From: Eledone cirrhosa
Taxonomy: Eukaryota
Length of the DNA: 64,000 nt
Direction of reading: 5' to 3'
NCBI GenBank assembly: GCA_964016885.1
Contig: OZ024763.1
Span: 18,724,001 to 18,788,000 of the forward strand
Shown here: positions 41,101 to 53,085 of the stretch, one piece after another
Layout of the letters: each line of letters begins with the position of its first letter
How positions within the stretch are numbered: position 1 is the first letter of the stretch
Notes under the pieces: generated by a model
What the model saw: the letters and a program-made list of their open reading frames with translations, nothing else
Told to the model about the DNA's origin: nothing
Databases searched by the model: none
Made by a program: the position numbers and the translations under genes

Positions 41101-42280
41101 CACCACCACACCACCACCACCCGCAGAACCACGCCCTACCCTAGCCAATCTTGTTGGCACCAGGAGACTGGAGAAATTTTCTATAACCTTCCAGCAAGGT
41201 TGGTTTGGAGGTGTGTTGAACTGGAGGTTGGTGGCAGGGGGTGGGTGTAGGTTGGTTGTAGTGGAGGGGCTATATGGGGGGGTGTAGGTTAGTGGTACTG
41301 GGGGAGGGGGGGCTATTTTTTGTGGGGGTGTAGGTTGGTGGTAGTGGAGGGGCTATTGGGGGGGGGGGGGGGTTGTAGTGGAGGGGCTATATGGGGGGGG
41401 GGGGTGTAAGTTAGTGGTACTGGAAGAGGCGGGGGGTGTAGGTTGGTGGTAGTGGAGGGCTATTTGGCAGGGGAGGGGTAGGGTAGTGTGTAGGTTGGTT
41501 GTAGTGGAGGGCTATATTTGGGAGGGTAGTGTGTAGGTTGGTGGTAGTGGAGGGGCTATTTTGGGGGGGTTAGTGTGTAGGTTGGAGGTAGTGGAGGACT
41601 ATTTTGGGGGGAGGAGGTTAGTGTGTAGGTTGGTGGTAGTGGAGGGGCTATTTTGGGGGGTTAGTGTGTAGGTTGGAGGTAGTGGAGGACTATTTGGCGG
41701 GGGGGGGGAGAAGGTAGTGTGTAGGTTGGTGGTAGTGGAGGGCTATTTTTGGGAGGGTAGTGTGTAGGTTGGTGGTAGTGGAGGGGCTATTTGGCGGGGG
41801 GGGGGGGGGGTAGTGTGTAGGTTGGTGGTAGTGGAGGGGCTATTTTTGTGAGCCACATAGTTGTCTGGTTTCAGTTACATACAGATAGCAACCTGTCTCT
41901 GATGTAAGCTTAAAACACCAACAACAATACCAACACCACCACCCCTACCACCACCACCACCACCAACACCACCCCTACCACTATACATACCACCACCAAC
42001 AACAACACTAATACCCCCACCACCACCACCACTACCACTAACACCAATACAACAACCAGCATCACCAACAACACCACCACCAACAACAACACCGCCACCA
42101 CCACCAATACAACCACCACCACCACCACCAACACCACCACTAACACCAATACACAACCAGCACCAACACCACCACCACCACCACCACCAACACCACCACC
42201 ACTAACACCAATACATCAACCAGCATCACCACCACTGCCAACACCACCACCACCACCGCCACCACCACTACCACCACAAA
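38198..42280. repeat. (CAC/ACCAC)n low-complexity blocks of alternating orientation, plus a G-rich ~55-bp repeat at 41240-41845
   Basis: Direct inspection. Confidence 0.9.
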
Positions 42281-42710
42281 TAGAACAGCAACATCATTGA
42301 TACCAAACATAGCATTTACTGTTGAATAAACCCCCAATCTAATTTACTCATATATGGATGAACACACACACATGAATACATACACACACACATGAATACA
42401 TACATACACACACACATGTACATACATACACACACACACATGAATACATACACACACACACATGTACATTCATTTATGTACGTGTAAAGTACAAATGCAT
42501 CAATACATCATATATATATATATATATAATATAGAAATGGCTTCTACAGGATTAGAACTGTTTCATTCGAAGGAAATCATCAGGAAAACTTTCCAGGATA
42601 CACACACACACACACATCTAAACTATAATAAAGGAAGGTCTGCGGGACTGCGTACGGTTTATAATTTGTTTATCCCATTAGTAAAATAAGTTGGATTACT
42701 TTGAATAAAT

Positions 42711-42895
42711 AATTGTTTCTACTTTTGGAACAAGGCCAGCAAATACCCAGTGCATTACTGGTACTTTATTTTATCGACCCCGTAAGGATGAAAGGCAAAG
42801 TCAACCTCGGCGGGATTTGAACTCAGATTGTAAAGGGACGTAACTATGCTGGAAAGCATGGCGTCCGACCCTCTACCGATACTGCCAATTCACCG
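42711..42895 (-). mobile_element. SINE (major family)
   Basis: Reverse complement of the same motifs. Confidence 0.8.
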
Positions 42896-43082
42896 AATAA
42901 ATAATGAATGAATATTACATAATTTATCTACTAAATTTCGTGGCTGTTGATTAAATATATTTTGTTTATTTAAAGATTCACTTCTTTAAAATTTCTGAAA
43001 TGTCAACACTCCCGGTTGGCCATCGCTTAAATAAACATTAATTTTCTGTCACTAATTTTCTCCTAATGCAGTTTATATATAA

Positions 43083-43700
43083 CTAGTAGCTGAGCCCGGT
43101 TGCACCCGGGGCCACTTTTTATTAAGTTAATAATTTGAAAAATATTATTGAAAGTTTATTATAAAGAAGCAGTTTCAGGGAAAAAAAATAGAAATATGCA
43201 CTTGGGGCTGGACGGCGTACAATGAGAAGTGGAGCGACGTGAAAAGCGTTGTTTATTAACAGCGAAATAGCAATGTCGATGATATGCAATTTGAAAAATA
43301 CTACTTACTGTTAGTGGTGGTTAACATGTATTAGAATTAAAATAAAAACACGCGTCCCTTCTTCGCAATCTAAGGGTTTTATTTCTTTTGATGGAAAACA
43401 GTGACCGTACTGCAGAATCGATTTCATAAAACGGTACTGTGAAAATGAAACGTACTGTAGAAGGCAACAGTTTATTAATCTGCATTTTCAAATTTGCATA
43501 TCATCGACATTGCTATTTCGCTGTTAATAAACAACGCTTTTCACATCGCTCCACTTCTCATTGTACGCCGTCCAGCCCCAAGTGCATATTTCTATTTTTT
43601 TCTTCCTGAAACTGCTTCTTTATAATAAACTTTCAATAATATTTTTCAAATTATTTGTACTGTATGTTAACAGCGAAAGAACGTTGAGGAGTTTAAAAAT
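43083..43700 (-). mobile_element. Helitron-like 3' terminus followed by ~170-bp inverted repeat
   Basis: Minus-strand CCCGGGTGCAACCGGG hairpin + CTAG|T at 43083-43110; inverted arms ~43128-43297 and ~43485-43655. The far boundary is uncertain. Confidence 0.55.
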
Positions 43701-43989
43701 TTGTATGAAATTTGACGAAATGAAAAGTTCATAGGCTGACTGACCAAGATACTCTCATGGAATGACCAAATGAGGTTTATTTTTCAACATAGTCCCTGGA
43801 AAGAAACAATGCAGTTATTAATAAGAAGAGTTGAAAATTAATGCATGCAAGATTTCACAGCTCTAGCATCACTCCTTCATAGTCAGCCTATGAACTTCTC
43901 AGCCTATCTTCATATGTTTAAAATTGTTGACCTTGTATGTCTAAAATGTAACTCATTAGTTTTAAAGACTTTATTTCCAACTATTTCAG

Positions 43990-44160
43990 AACTGCTACCC
44001 GGTATTGAGTCCTTCTTTACTAATCTACTTGCTGAGGGTAACTTGTCCGATACTGCTGAATCTCGCTGCAAATACTATGTAGAACGGCTGGAAATACTGA
44101 AACTGCCACCAACTATACCCCCAAGACCTCGACAAGAAAACCCTCAGGAGACTAGCAAAG
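43990..44160 (+). CDS. Coding exon of SKAP2/AFAP1-like adaptor gene (N-terminal helical domain + PPxIPPRP motif)
   Basis: tttcAG acceptor, G|GTAAAT donor, 171 bp, phase 1-1. Peptide (E)LLPGIESFFTNLLAEGNLSDTAESRCKYYVERLEILKLPPTIPPRPRQENPQETSK resembles, from recall, the N-termini of SKAP2 (LLADVETFVADILKGENLS) and AFAP1L1 (VLEQLLPEL...EYLSDT). Non-repetitive sequence. Confidence 0.8.
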
Positions 44161-44501
44161 GTAAATACCTCAAATCTTTGTCTCCCACCCCCTTCTCTCC
44201 TTCCTCCCTACTGCACCTTCTTTTATTTTTGTTCTGGAATCTGTCAGCATGTATAGGTGTATACATATATACACTGTATACACCTACAAGCACATATATA
44301 AATATATATATATATATATGTAAGAATATATTCGAAACGGCGAGTGGGTTTGAAATTATTAGAAATGTAAGCTATCGCCGTATTTTGACTAAAGAAATTA
44401 AAGAAATTATTTAGCCTGATAGTGGGGTTAAGAACCCTCGGAGAAATGGAAAAAGATGAGTATTGACGTACATGGGAGACGAACCCACATCTTTGGTTAT
44501 C

Positions 44502-44533
<32 letters not shown>

Positions 44534-44610
44534 ACGAAGGCAATGTGGTAAGGAACCAGGTGGACCATAACGCACCAAAGTACTCAATACTTAGGCTAGT
44601 AGAGTGGGTA

Positions 44611-44962
44611 ATAGGAACCAGTAAGACCCCGACGGCTGAGCTCAAGCTGTTTCGACGGCTAATTCTGGACTAAATGAAAATTTATCCTGGTATTTAAATA
44701 GCCGAGCTTCTCAAGGGGTAATTCCATATATGGTCAAAGTGATTGTCAAAAGTCAGTAGTAATTCTGTGATTGCAAATTAGCCACCATCTCCCCTACTAA
44801 TTTGCAATCACAGAATTACTACTGACTTTTGACAATCACTTTGACCATATATGGAATTACCCCTTGAGAAGCTCGGCTATTTAAATACCAGGATAAATTT
44901 TCATTTAGTCCAGAATTAGCCGTCGAAACGGCTTGAGCTCAGCCGTCGGGGTCTTACTGGTT

Positions 44963-44967
<5 letters not shown>
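44611..44967. repeat. ~355-bp palindrome containing paired hammerheads
   Basis: ~170-bp arms, 16-bp loop, one-sided ~80-bp extension to 44532, (TA)n flanks. Confidence 0.9.
44859..44952 (+). ncRNA. Type I hammerhead ribozyme motif with U3-A8 variant core (antisense twin ~44626-44719)
   Basis: ACCCC-UUGAGAA-[G..CGGCUA...UAGCCG.C]-GAA-ACGGCU(7 nt)AGCCGU-C^-GGGGU; canonical GUC site. Confidence 0.75.
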
Positions 44968-45003
<36 letters not shown>

Positions 45004-45176
45004 TAGGTATTAGTATTGGTGCTCTGAAATGGCGATGTAGACATGAATGTATGTATAGTATATTTGGCAATATACCGTATGTTTAATTAAAAACATTTAG
45101 AAGATCATACGCTATCGGTTTTACAGTAGTGACTATGTCACTTACTTCTATTTTCGGCGAAAGAAGGGAGAGAAGC

Positions 45177-45227
<51 letters not shown>

Positions 45228-45315
45228 GTTGTCAAGTATGAAATCTGTAGAAATTTAGAGGAAAAAAAAAACAAATTCCTACAAATTTCATACTTTATGA
45301 CCCAATATATTATAT

Positions 45316-45503
45316 AATTGTTTCTACTTTAGGCACAAGGCCAGCAATTACCCAGTGTGTTACTGGTACTTTATTTTATCGACCCCGTAAGGATGAAAGG
45401 CAAAGTCAACCTCGGCGAGATTTGAACTCAGATCGTAAAGGGACGTAACTATGCTGGAAAGCATGGCGTCCGACCCTCTACCGATACTGCCAATCCACCG
45501 CCC
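45316..45503 (-). mobile_element. SINE (major family)
   Basis: Reverse complement of the same motifs. Confidence 0.8.
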
Positions 45504-45565
45504 CCAATATATTATATAATAATAGTAAGAAACGAAAGATATGTATTTTATATCATCTCTATTAA

Positions 45566-45638
45566 TTTTATTATATATATTTCGAAGATGCAAAGTTTAT
45601 ATATAACATAAACCAAAACATGTCCTCTTCAGACAAAA
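45566..45638 (-). ncRNA. Type I hammerhead ribozyme motif
   Basis: UUUUGU-CUGAAGA-[extended stem II]-GAA-AUAUAUAU-A^-AUAAAA. Confidence 0.6.
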
Positions 45639-45700
45639 TACATACAAGATGTATAATTTTTTAATGATATGCTGGTAGACAAACAAGCTTTTTTCATTGA

Positions 45701-45758
<58 letters not shown>

Positions 45759-45767
<9 letters not shown>

Positions 45768-45928
45768 AGATCAAAAGATGGTTAAAAGAGTTCCATGTAT
45801 TTTATTATGCGCATTTCAAAAACAAATATCATCATACAATAATATTATTGCATGATGATATTTGTTTTTGAAATGCGCATAATAAAATACATGGAACTCT
45901 TTTAACCATCTTTTGATCTTATATATTA
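45759..45928. repeat. ~170-bp palindrome with degenerate hammerhead-like motif
   Basis: Arms reverse-complementary around AATATT; AUGAUGA...GAAAUGCGCAUA motif. Confidence 0.85.
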
Positions 45929-46012
45929 TGCATACTCCAGTCCTACAAACTGTAGAGTGCTTCTTATCCGATATCTGCATTGCTTTATTGTACTACAATA
46001 AAACTCACCTCC

Positions 46013-46059
<47 letters not shown>

Positions 46060-46101
46060 GATATTAAACAAATGGAAACTATATTTATAAAACCATATTT
46101 A

Positions 46102-46163
46102 TTTCATTATACATATTTCAGGGATACCATATTAAAAATATGGCATGCCTTCTTCAGATAAAA
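46102..46163 (-). ncRNA. Type I hammerhead ribozyme motif
   Basis: UUUUAU-CUGAAGA-AGG C AUGCCAUAUU UUU AAUAUGGUAU C CCU-GAA-AUAUGUAU-A^-AUGAAA, overlapping AAUAAA. Confidence 0.72.
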
Positions 46164-46484
46164 TACAATATATAAGCAGTTTTATAAATAAATTTGACGT
46201 ACCATAAAATATTGATCAACTTCCATTTAAAAAAGTTGGTTTGGTAGTGAAATGTTTGTAAATATTTAGTGTTGAGCACAGTTAGAAAGAAAGATATATC
46301 TACTCCAAAACTTGTTGAGTGCTTTATATCAGTTATAAAATATTTACTCGTTGTAACCCAACAATTTTAAATAAAACTTTTGCATATATATATATATATA
46401 TTTGTGTGTATATAACTTCCTCCTAAGCGTGATATTAATAGGACTTGGTGTTTTTGTATCTGTGTTTGTCTCAACATTTCTTTA

Positions 46485-46532
<48 letters not shown>

Positions 46533-46642
46533 ATGTTAGTATCGTGAGAGAGTAGAAGGTTTAAAGGGATAAACGATACATATATGTTCTAACAGTCTGT
46601 ATTCTCTTTCGTAATCCTTTCATTTATATATATATATATATA

Positions 46643-46992
46643 TATAAAGTGTTTCCGTAGGAAGGGTAAAGGAAAGGAGAGTTATATGCTACAGAGCTAT
46701 TTATTTATGTAATAAACAACATAAGACAATCATTCCATTTACCAAAGGTTTCACGAAGACAAGCGAGCTCAACACAGACGTCTGAAATGGATCATCAGAA
46801 TGAAATTTTATTTGAAGACTTTAAATAAAATTTCATTCTGATGAGTGATTTCAGACGTCTGTGTTGAGCTCGCTTGTCTTCGTGAAACCTTTGGTAAATG
46901 GAATGATTGTCTTATGTTGTTTATTACATAAATAAATAGCTCTGTAGCATATAACTCTCCTTTCCTTTACCTTTCCTACGGAAACACTTTAT
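46643..46992. repeat. ~350-bp palindrome containing paired hammerheads
   Basis: ~170-bp arms, tiny loop, (TA)n on both sides. Confidence 0.9.
46831..46903 (+). ncRNA. Type I hammerhead ribozyme motif (antisense twin ~46730-46805)
   Basis: UUUCAUU-CUGAUGA-[stem II incl. AGAC/GUCU]-GAA-ACC UUU GGU-A^-AAUGGAA; GUA site. Confidence 0.7.
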
Positions 46993-47659
46993 ATATATAT
47001 ATAGTGAAACCTATATATATCTATATCTAGGGAGTGTAACTTGGAGTTACTGCAGGTTCACCCGGGTGAGCACTCGATGTTTAGGTTCACTTCAGTGTTG
47101 AGGTGTAGAGCTAGACAGAGTGTAATATATAGAAAGGATAACAAGGACGATTGGTTACTCCTTCATTACATTTATTGGTAGGTGACACGTGTTTCACCAC
47201 TGATCAGCTCAAGGTTCGATCTGTATCGATCTTACACGACTCTATAATTGGCAGCTCGACGGACCCTATATATTAATTTAAATTCAGCGAGATTCGTATT
47301 TCGGCAGGGTCGAAAACAAGCAAAAACGCAATATCTGAGTTATCAGCATAACAAGCGCTCCATGGACCAAATAGAGACCAGAGCAATAAACATAGGTTAT
47401 AAAGGCCAAACAAACTAAGATGGCGGTTAAGAAGCCATCAACCACCTAAGCCAAAAAGACAAGGCAAGCCAAATGTGTCAAACAAAATACATGACGTATT
47501 CACCCGGACCCCATGGAACTGATGGTGTAGTCCAGTACAGGCTTTCTGTGACACCTACATCAATTATACTGCTGCCTCATTAGAATAATTAGCTTTTGGT
47601 ATAATGATAGAATTGACCCAGTACTTTACTAGTGTTGTGTTTTAAACCTGGTGGCTCCC

Positions 47660-49800
47660 ATCCCACACCACCACTACAACATACCACCACAACTACAACA
47701 CACCACCACTACAACACACCACCACTACAACATACCACCACTACAACATACCACCACCACAACACATCACCACTACAACACATCACCACTACAACACATC
47801 ACCATACCAACACTACACCACACCACCACTACAACACACCACCACTACAACACACCACCACTACAACACACCACTACAACACATCACCACACCACCACTA
47901 CAACACACCACCACACCACCACTACAACACACCACCACTACAACACACCAACACACCACCACACCACCACCACACCACCACCACCACACCACCACCACAC
48001 CACCACCACACCACCACTACAACACACCACCACCACTACAACACACCACCACACCACCACCACACCACCACACCACCACTACAATACACCACCACACCAC
48101 CACCACACCACCACACCACCACCACACCACCACCACAACACACCACCACACCACCACTACAACACACCACCACACCACCACTACAACACACCACCACACC
48201 ACCACCACCATCTGTTCTTTATGAAGATAAATTTATGTTTATCACAGACCTGTCTCTGATAAACAGTTACACACTGACTTTTAATACACTGTGTATATAT
48301 ATGTGTATATATGTATATATATGTATATATATGTGTGTATATGTATGTATATATATGTATATATATGTATATGTATGTATGTGTGTATATGTATGTATAT
48401 ATGTGTATGTATATGTATGTATATGTATGTATATGTATGTATATGTATGTATATGTATGTATATATGTATATGTATGTATATGTATGTATATGTATATGT
48501 ATGTATATGTATGTATATGTATGTATATGTGTATATGTATGTATATGTATGTATATGTGTATATGTATGTATGTATATGTACGTATATGTATGTATATGT
48601 GTATATGTATGTATATGTATGTATATATGTATATGTATGTATATGTGTATATGTATGTATATGTGTATATGTATGTATATGTATGTATATGTGTATATGT
48701 ATGTATGTATATGTATGTATATGTGTATATGTATGTATATGTATGTATATGTGTATATGTATGTATATGTATGTATATATGTATATGTATGTATATGTGT
48801 ATATGTATGTATATGTGTATATGTATGTATATGTATGTATATGTGTATATGTATGTATGTATATGTATGTATATGTGTATATGTATGTATATGTATGTAT
48901 ATGTATGTATATGTATGTATATGTGTATATGTATGTATGTATATGTATGTATATGTGTATATGTATGTATATGTATGTATATGTATGTATATATATGTAT
49001 GTATATGTATGTATATGTGTATATGTATGTATATGCCTGCATATGTATATATATGTGTATGTGTTTGTATATGTATGTATATGTATATATGCATGCATAT
49101 GTGTATATGTATGTATATGTGTATATGCCTGCATATGTATGTGTATGTGCATGCATATGTATGTATATGTGTATATGCCTGCATATGTATGTGTATGTGT
49201 ATATGCCTGCATATGTATGTATGTGTATGTGCATGCATATGTATGTATATGTGTATATGCATATATATGTATGTATATGCATATATATGTATGTATATGC
49301 ATACATATGTATGTATATGTGTATATGTATGTATGTATATGTGTATATGCATGCATATGTATGTATATGTGTATATGCATGCATATGTATGTATGTATGT
49401 ATGTGTATATGCATGCATATGTATGTATGTATGTGTATATGCATGCATATGTATGTATGTATGTATATGTGTACATGCATGCATATGTATGTATATGTGT
49501 ATATGCATGCATATGTATGTATGTATCTATGTATATGTGTATATGCATGCATATGTATGTATGTATATGTGTATATGCATGCATATCTATGTATATGTGT
49601 ATATGCATGCATATGTATGTATGTATGTGTATATGCATGCATATGTATGTATGTATGTGTATATGCATGCATATGTATGTATATGTATATGTATATGTGT
49701 ATATGCATGCATATGTGAGTATGTATATGTGTATCTATATGTGAGGATGTGTAGTAGCATATGTAATTTGTTAGGGATATGTGTGTGTGTGTGTGTGTGT
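47660..49800. repeat. (ACCAC/ACTAC)n then (TATG)n low-complexity tracts
   Basis: Direct inspection. Confidence 0.9.
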
Positions 49801-49884
49801 GCGTGCATATGTGTATGTGAGTATGAATATGTGTATCTGTGTGTTAGGGTATGTAGTAACATTTATACATTATATTATTTATTT

Positions 49885-50740
49885 AGAGTCGATAAAATAA
49901 AGTACCAGTAATACACTGGGATAATTGCTGGCCTTGTGCCTAAAGTAGAAACAATTATTTATTTATGTTCATAGAGTTACGGCCCTTTATGTTCTGAGTT
50001 CAAATCCCACCAAGGTTAACTTTGCCTTTCATCCTTACTGGGAGATAAAATAAAGTACCAGTGATACACTGGGGTTGATTTAATCGACTTCCTATACCCA
50101 TTATTATTGTTGTTGTTGTTAGTTATGTTACTTTTGTTGTTGTTATTATTGTTGTTAATGTTGTTGTTATTGTTACTGCTGCTGTTGTTGTTGTTGTTGT
50201 TAGCAACACTATCAACAATAATAATAATAAATGGTTTCTACTTTAGGCACAAGGCCAGCAATAACCCAGTGTATTACTGGTACTCTATTTTATCGACCCC
50301 GTAAGGATGAAAGGCAAAGTTAACCTCGGCGGGGTCTGAGATCAAATCCCACTGAGGTTAACTTTGCCTTTCATCCTTACGGGGTCGATAAAATAAAGTA
50401 CCAGTAATACACTGGGTAATTGCTGGCCTTGTGCCTAAAGTAGAAACAATTATTATTATTATTATTGTTGTTAGTGTTGTAGTTGTTGTTGTTGTTGTTG
50501 TTGTCATTGTTATTATAATATTATTATTATTATTGTTATTATTATTAGGGTGGTGGATTGGCAGTATCGGTAGAGGGTCGGACGCCACATTTTGACGCAT
50601 AGAGTTACGGCCCTTGCCATTCTGAGTTCAAATCCCGCCGAGGTTGACTTTGCCTTTCTTCCATACGGGGGTCGATAAAATAAAGTACCAGTAATGCGCT
50701 GGGGTAATTGCTGGCCTTGTGCCAAAAGTAGAAACAATTA
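49885..50740. mobile_element. Cluster of full and partial SINEs in both orientations among (TTA)/(TTG) repeats
   Basis: At least 5 copies of the core; the head-to-head pair at 50232-50450 forms an inverted repeat. Confidence 0.8.
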
Positions 50741-50853
50741 TTATTATTATTATTGTTGTTATTGTTTGTGTTGTAGTTGTTGTTGTTGTTGTTGTTGTTA
50801 TTATAATATTATTATTGTTACTATTATCGTATCTGTTTCTGCTTGTTAAATAG

Positions 50854-50916
50854 CCAGGTTAAATCCCCTTAAGTTCAGCAACACAGTTCCACTGCCGAAA
50901 CGGGGCCATCGAAAGG
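50854..50916 (+). CDS. Coding exon (ARLNPLKFSNTVPLPKRGHRK) of the same gene
   Basis: Pyrimidine-rich tract ending aatAG, strong G|GTAAG donor, 63 bp, phase 1-1, open frame compatible with flanking exons. Confidence 0.7.
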
Positions 50917-51724
50917 GTAAGAAGTGTGGTGGCACAGTCACCTCCTCCAGATGACTTCCGCTCTTTAAAAATGCCTTTGAAAAAAAAAAAAAAAAAAAAA
51001 AAAAAACTTGGCTAAATAACTCCTAACTGCTGAAGGTGGCATTTGCTAATATTGCTTTAACTGTGGTTAATAACTGGTATATTGGTACAATGGCAGTATC
51101 TGATATGTTTTTAGCTTCAGATAATATCTAACATAAAGCAGCAAATTGGCAGAATCGTTAGATCATCAGATAGAATGCTTTGCAGTATTTGTTCTGGGTG
51201 TCTGAGTTCAAATCCCGCTGAGGTCAACTTTACCTTTCATCCTTTGAAGGTCAATAAAAAAAAGTACCAGTCAAGTACCGGAGTCGATTCTTCTTCTATA
51301 TTTCTTACTTCTTCTTTCTCTCTCAATCTCTCTCTCTCTCTCCTTCTCTGGAAGAAATCAGCTGTGTTCAGATCTGATATCTTCCAGAGAAAGATAGAGA
51401 GTGAGCAAGAGGAAGTGAGAAAAAGATATAGAGGAAAATTCGACACCAGTACTACACTGGTACTTTTTTTTTTTATCATTCTCGAAAGGATGAAAGGCAA
51501 AGCTGGCCGTTGTGGGATTTGAACTCAGAGAGCTGGAACAAATACCACAAAGCCTTCTATCTGATGTTCTAATGACTCTGCCAATTTGTCCTGCTTATAT
51601 TGGTACTTGGTCTATACTAATGTGTTTTAAGCTGGTTTATTGGTTCAAAGTTTTTGCTAATATGACTTTAACTGTTGGTAATTACTGGTATAGTTCTGGT
51701 CAATTAATGGTTCAAGGTCTTTAA

Positions 51725-51946
51725 CCCTTTAGCATTTACATTACTCCATATTTACTATTATATTTTCACAGAAAAGGCTTTATCCCCCCTTAATTATCTC
51801 ACATAATATCGAATCTACAAGATTTTGATATTATTTATTTTGAGAACAATACCTTAACATCAGTATGAGTGGTCAGTTATGGCCGTTTTGAACAGAAAGA
51901 GGTGAGAGAATTCTGGCCGGATACAGCCGGTTTAAATGCTAATGGG
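51725..51946. mobile_element. piggyBac-type MITE
   Basis: TTAA|CCCTTTAGCATTTA...TAAATGCTAATGGG|TTAA. Confidence 0.72.
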
Positions 51947-52940
51947 TTAATAGTAGATAATTACTGTGAAGGCATGTGGCTTAGTGGTTAGAGCATTGGT
52001 TTCACAATCATGAGGTTGTGAGTTCAATTCCTGGACTGGACAGTGCATTCTGTCCTTCAGCAAGGCACTTTATTTCACATTGCTTCCATTCACTCTGTTG
52101 TAGAAATCTGTTGCGACATCACTGGTGCCAAGCTGTATTGGCCATTGCCTTTCTCTTGGACAACATCATATATGATGTTTATATATAATATATATACAGT
52201 ATATATATTGTATATAATATAAATGGGTGTGCAATGACATTGGCGCCCAGCTGTATTGGACTTTGTCTTTCCCTTGGACAACACGGGTATCGTGGAGAGG
52301 GGAGATTGTTATGTATGGGTGACTGCTTGTCTTCCACAAAAACAACTTGGACAGGTTTGAACCTTGGAGGGGACCCGTCTAGGTGCAAAACGCTTGGTCA
52401 TTCATGACCAAAATGGATCTTAAGTTCGTTGATCACCAATGAAAAGAGCCATTTTAATTACTGGTACATACTATAGCCACTTGGCATGGCGCACTAGTTG
52501 TATCTCGGACTTCTGCGTCTGTATGGACTTTCTAGTCTACGGGTTTGAAGTCCAGTTTATAGCAGGAGTTAAGTATTATTTTAGGCGGTGAATTGGCAGA
52601 GTCATTAGAACGTTGGATAGAATGGTTTGTGGTATTCATTCTGACTCTCTGCTTGCTGAGTTCAAACCCTGCTGTGGTCGACTTTGGCTTTCATTCATTC
52701 GAGGTCAATAAAAAAAAGTGCCAGTCAAAGTACATGGGTCAATTCTCCCCCTATATCACTTTCACACTTCCATTCTCTCACTCACTCTCTCTATCCTCCT
52801 CTGGAAGAAATCTGCTGTATTCAGACCTGGAGAGGAGATGGGCTCCACCAGGCTTAAACAATACCCTAAAAACACCACATATCAATGGGGCACCTCTATG
52901 ACCCTCTCAAGAGTTACAAGACAATACATACACACATACA

Positions 52941-53085
52941 TGGAGGCACATGGCTTAGTTGTTAGAGCATTGGGCTTGCAATCGAAAGGTTGTGAGTTCA
53001 ATTCTCAGACCGGGTGATGTGTTGTTTCCTTGAGCAAGACACTTTATTTCACATTGCTCCAGTTTACTCAGCTGTAGAAATGAGA
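52941..53085 (+). mobile_element. Second tRNA-derived SINE family (also 21830-21966 minus, 51968-52160 plus)
   Basis: GGAGGCACATGGCTTAGT..TTAGAGC...GAGTTCAATTC head; CCTTGAGCAAGACACTTTATTTCAC core. Confidence 0.75.

Noticed and set aside
38157-41160. Extensin-like Pro/His/Thr ORFs
   Set aside because: (CAC)n low-complexity DNA open in all frames; no splice or domain evidence.
42925-43030. Possible long hammerhead on minus strand
   Set aside because: GAAA/stem III-like half only; no CUGANGA core.
43845-44414. 189-aa single-exon ORF
   Set aside because: Only 43990-44160 looks coding; the flanks are a mariner-like remnant and intron.
47632-49911. 759-aa ORF
   Set aside because: Concatenated simple repeats ending in a SINE fragment.
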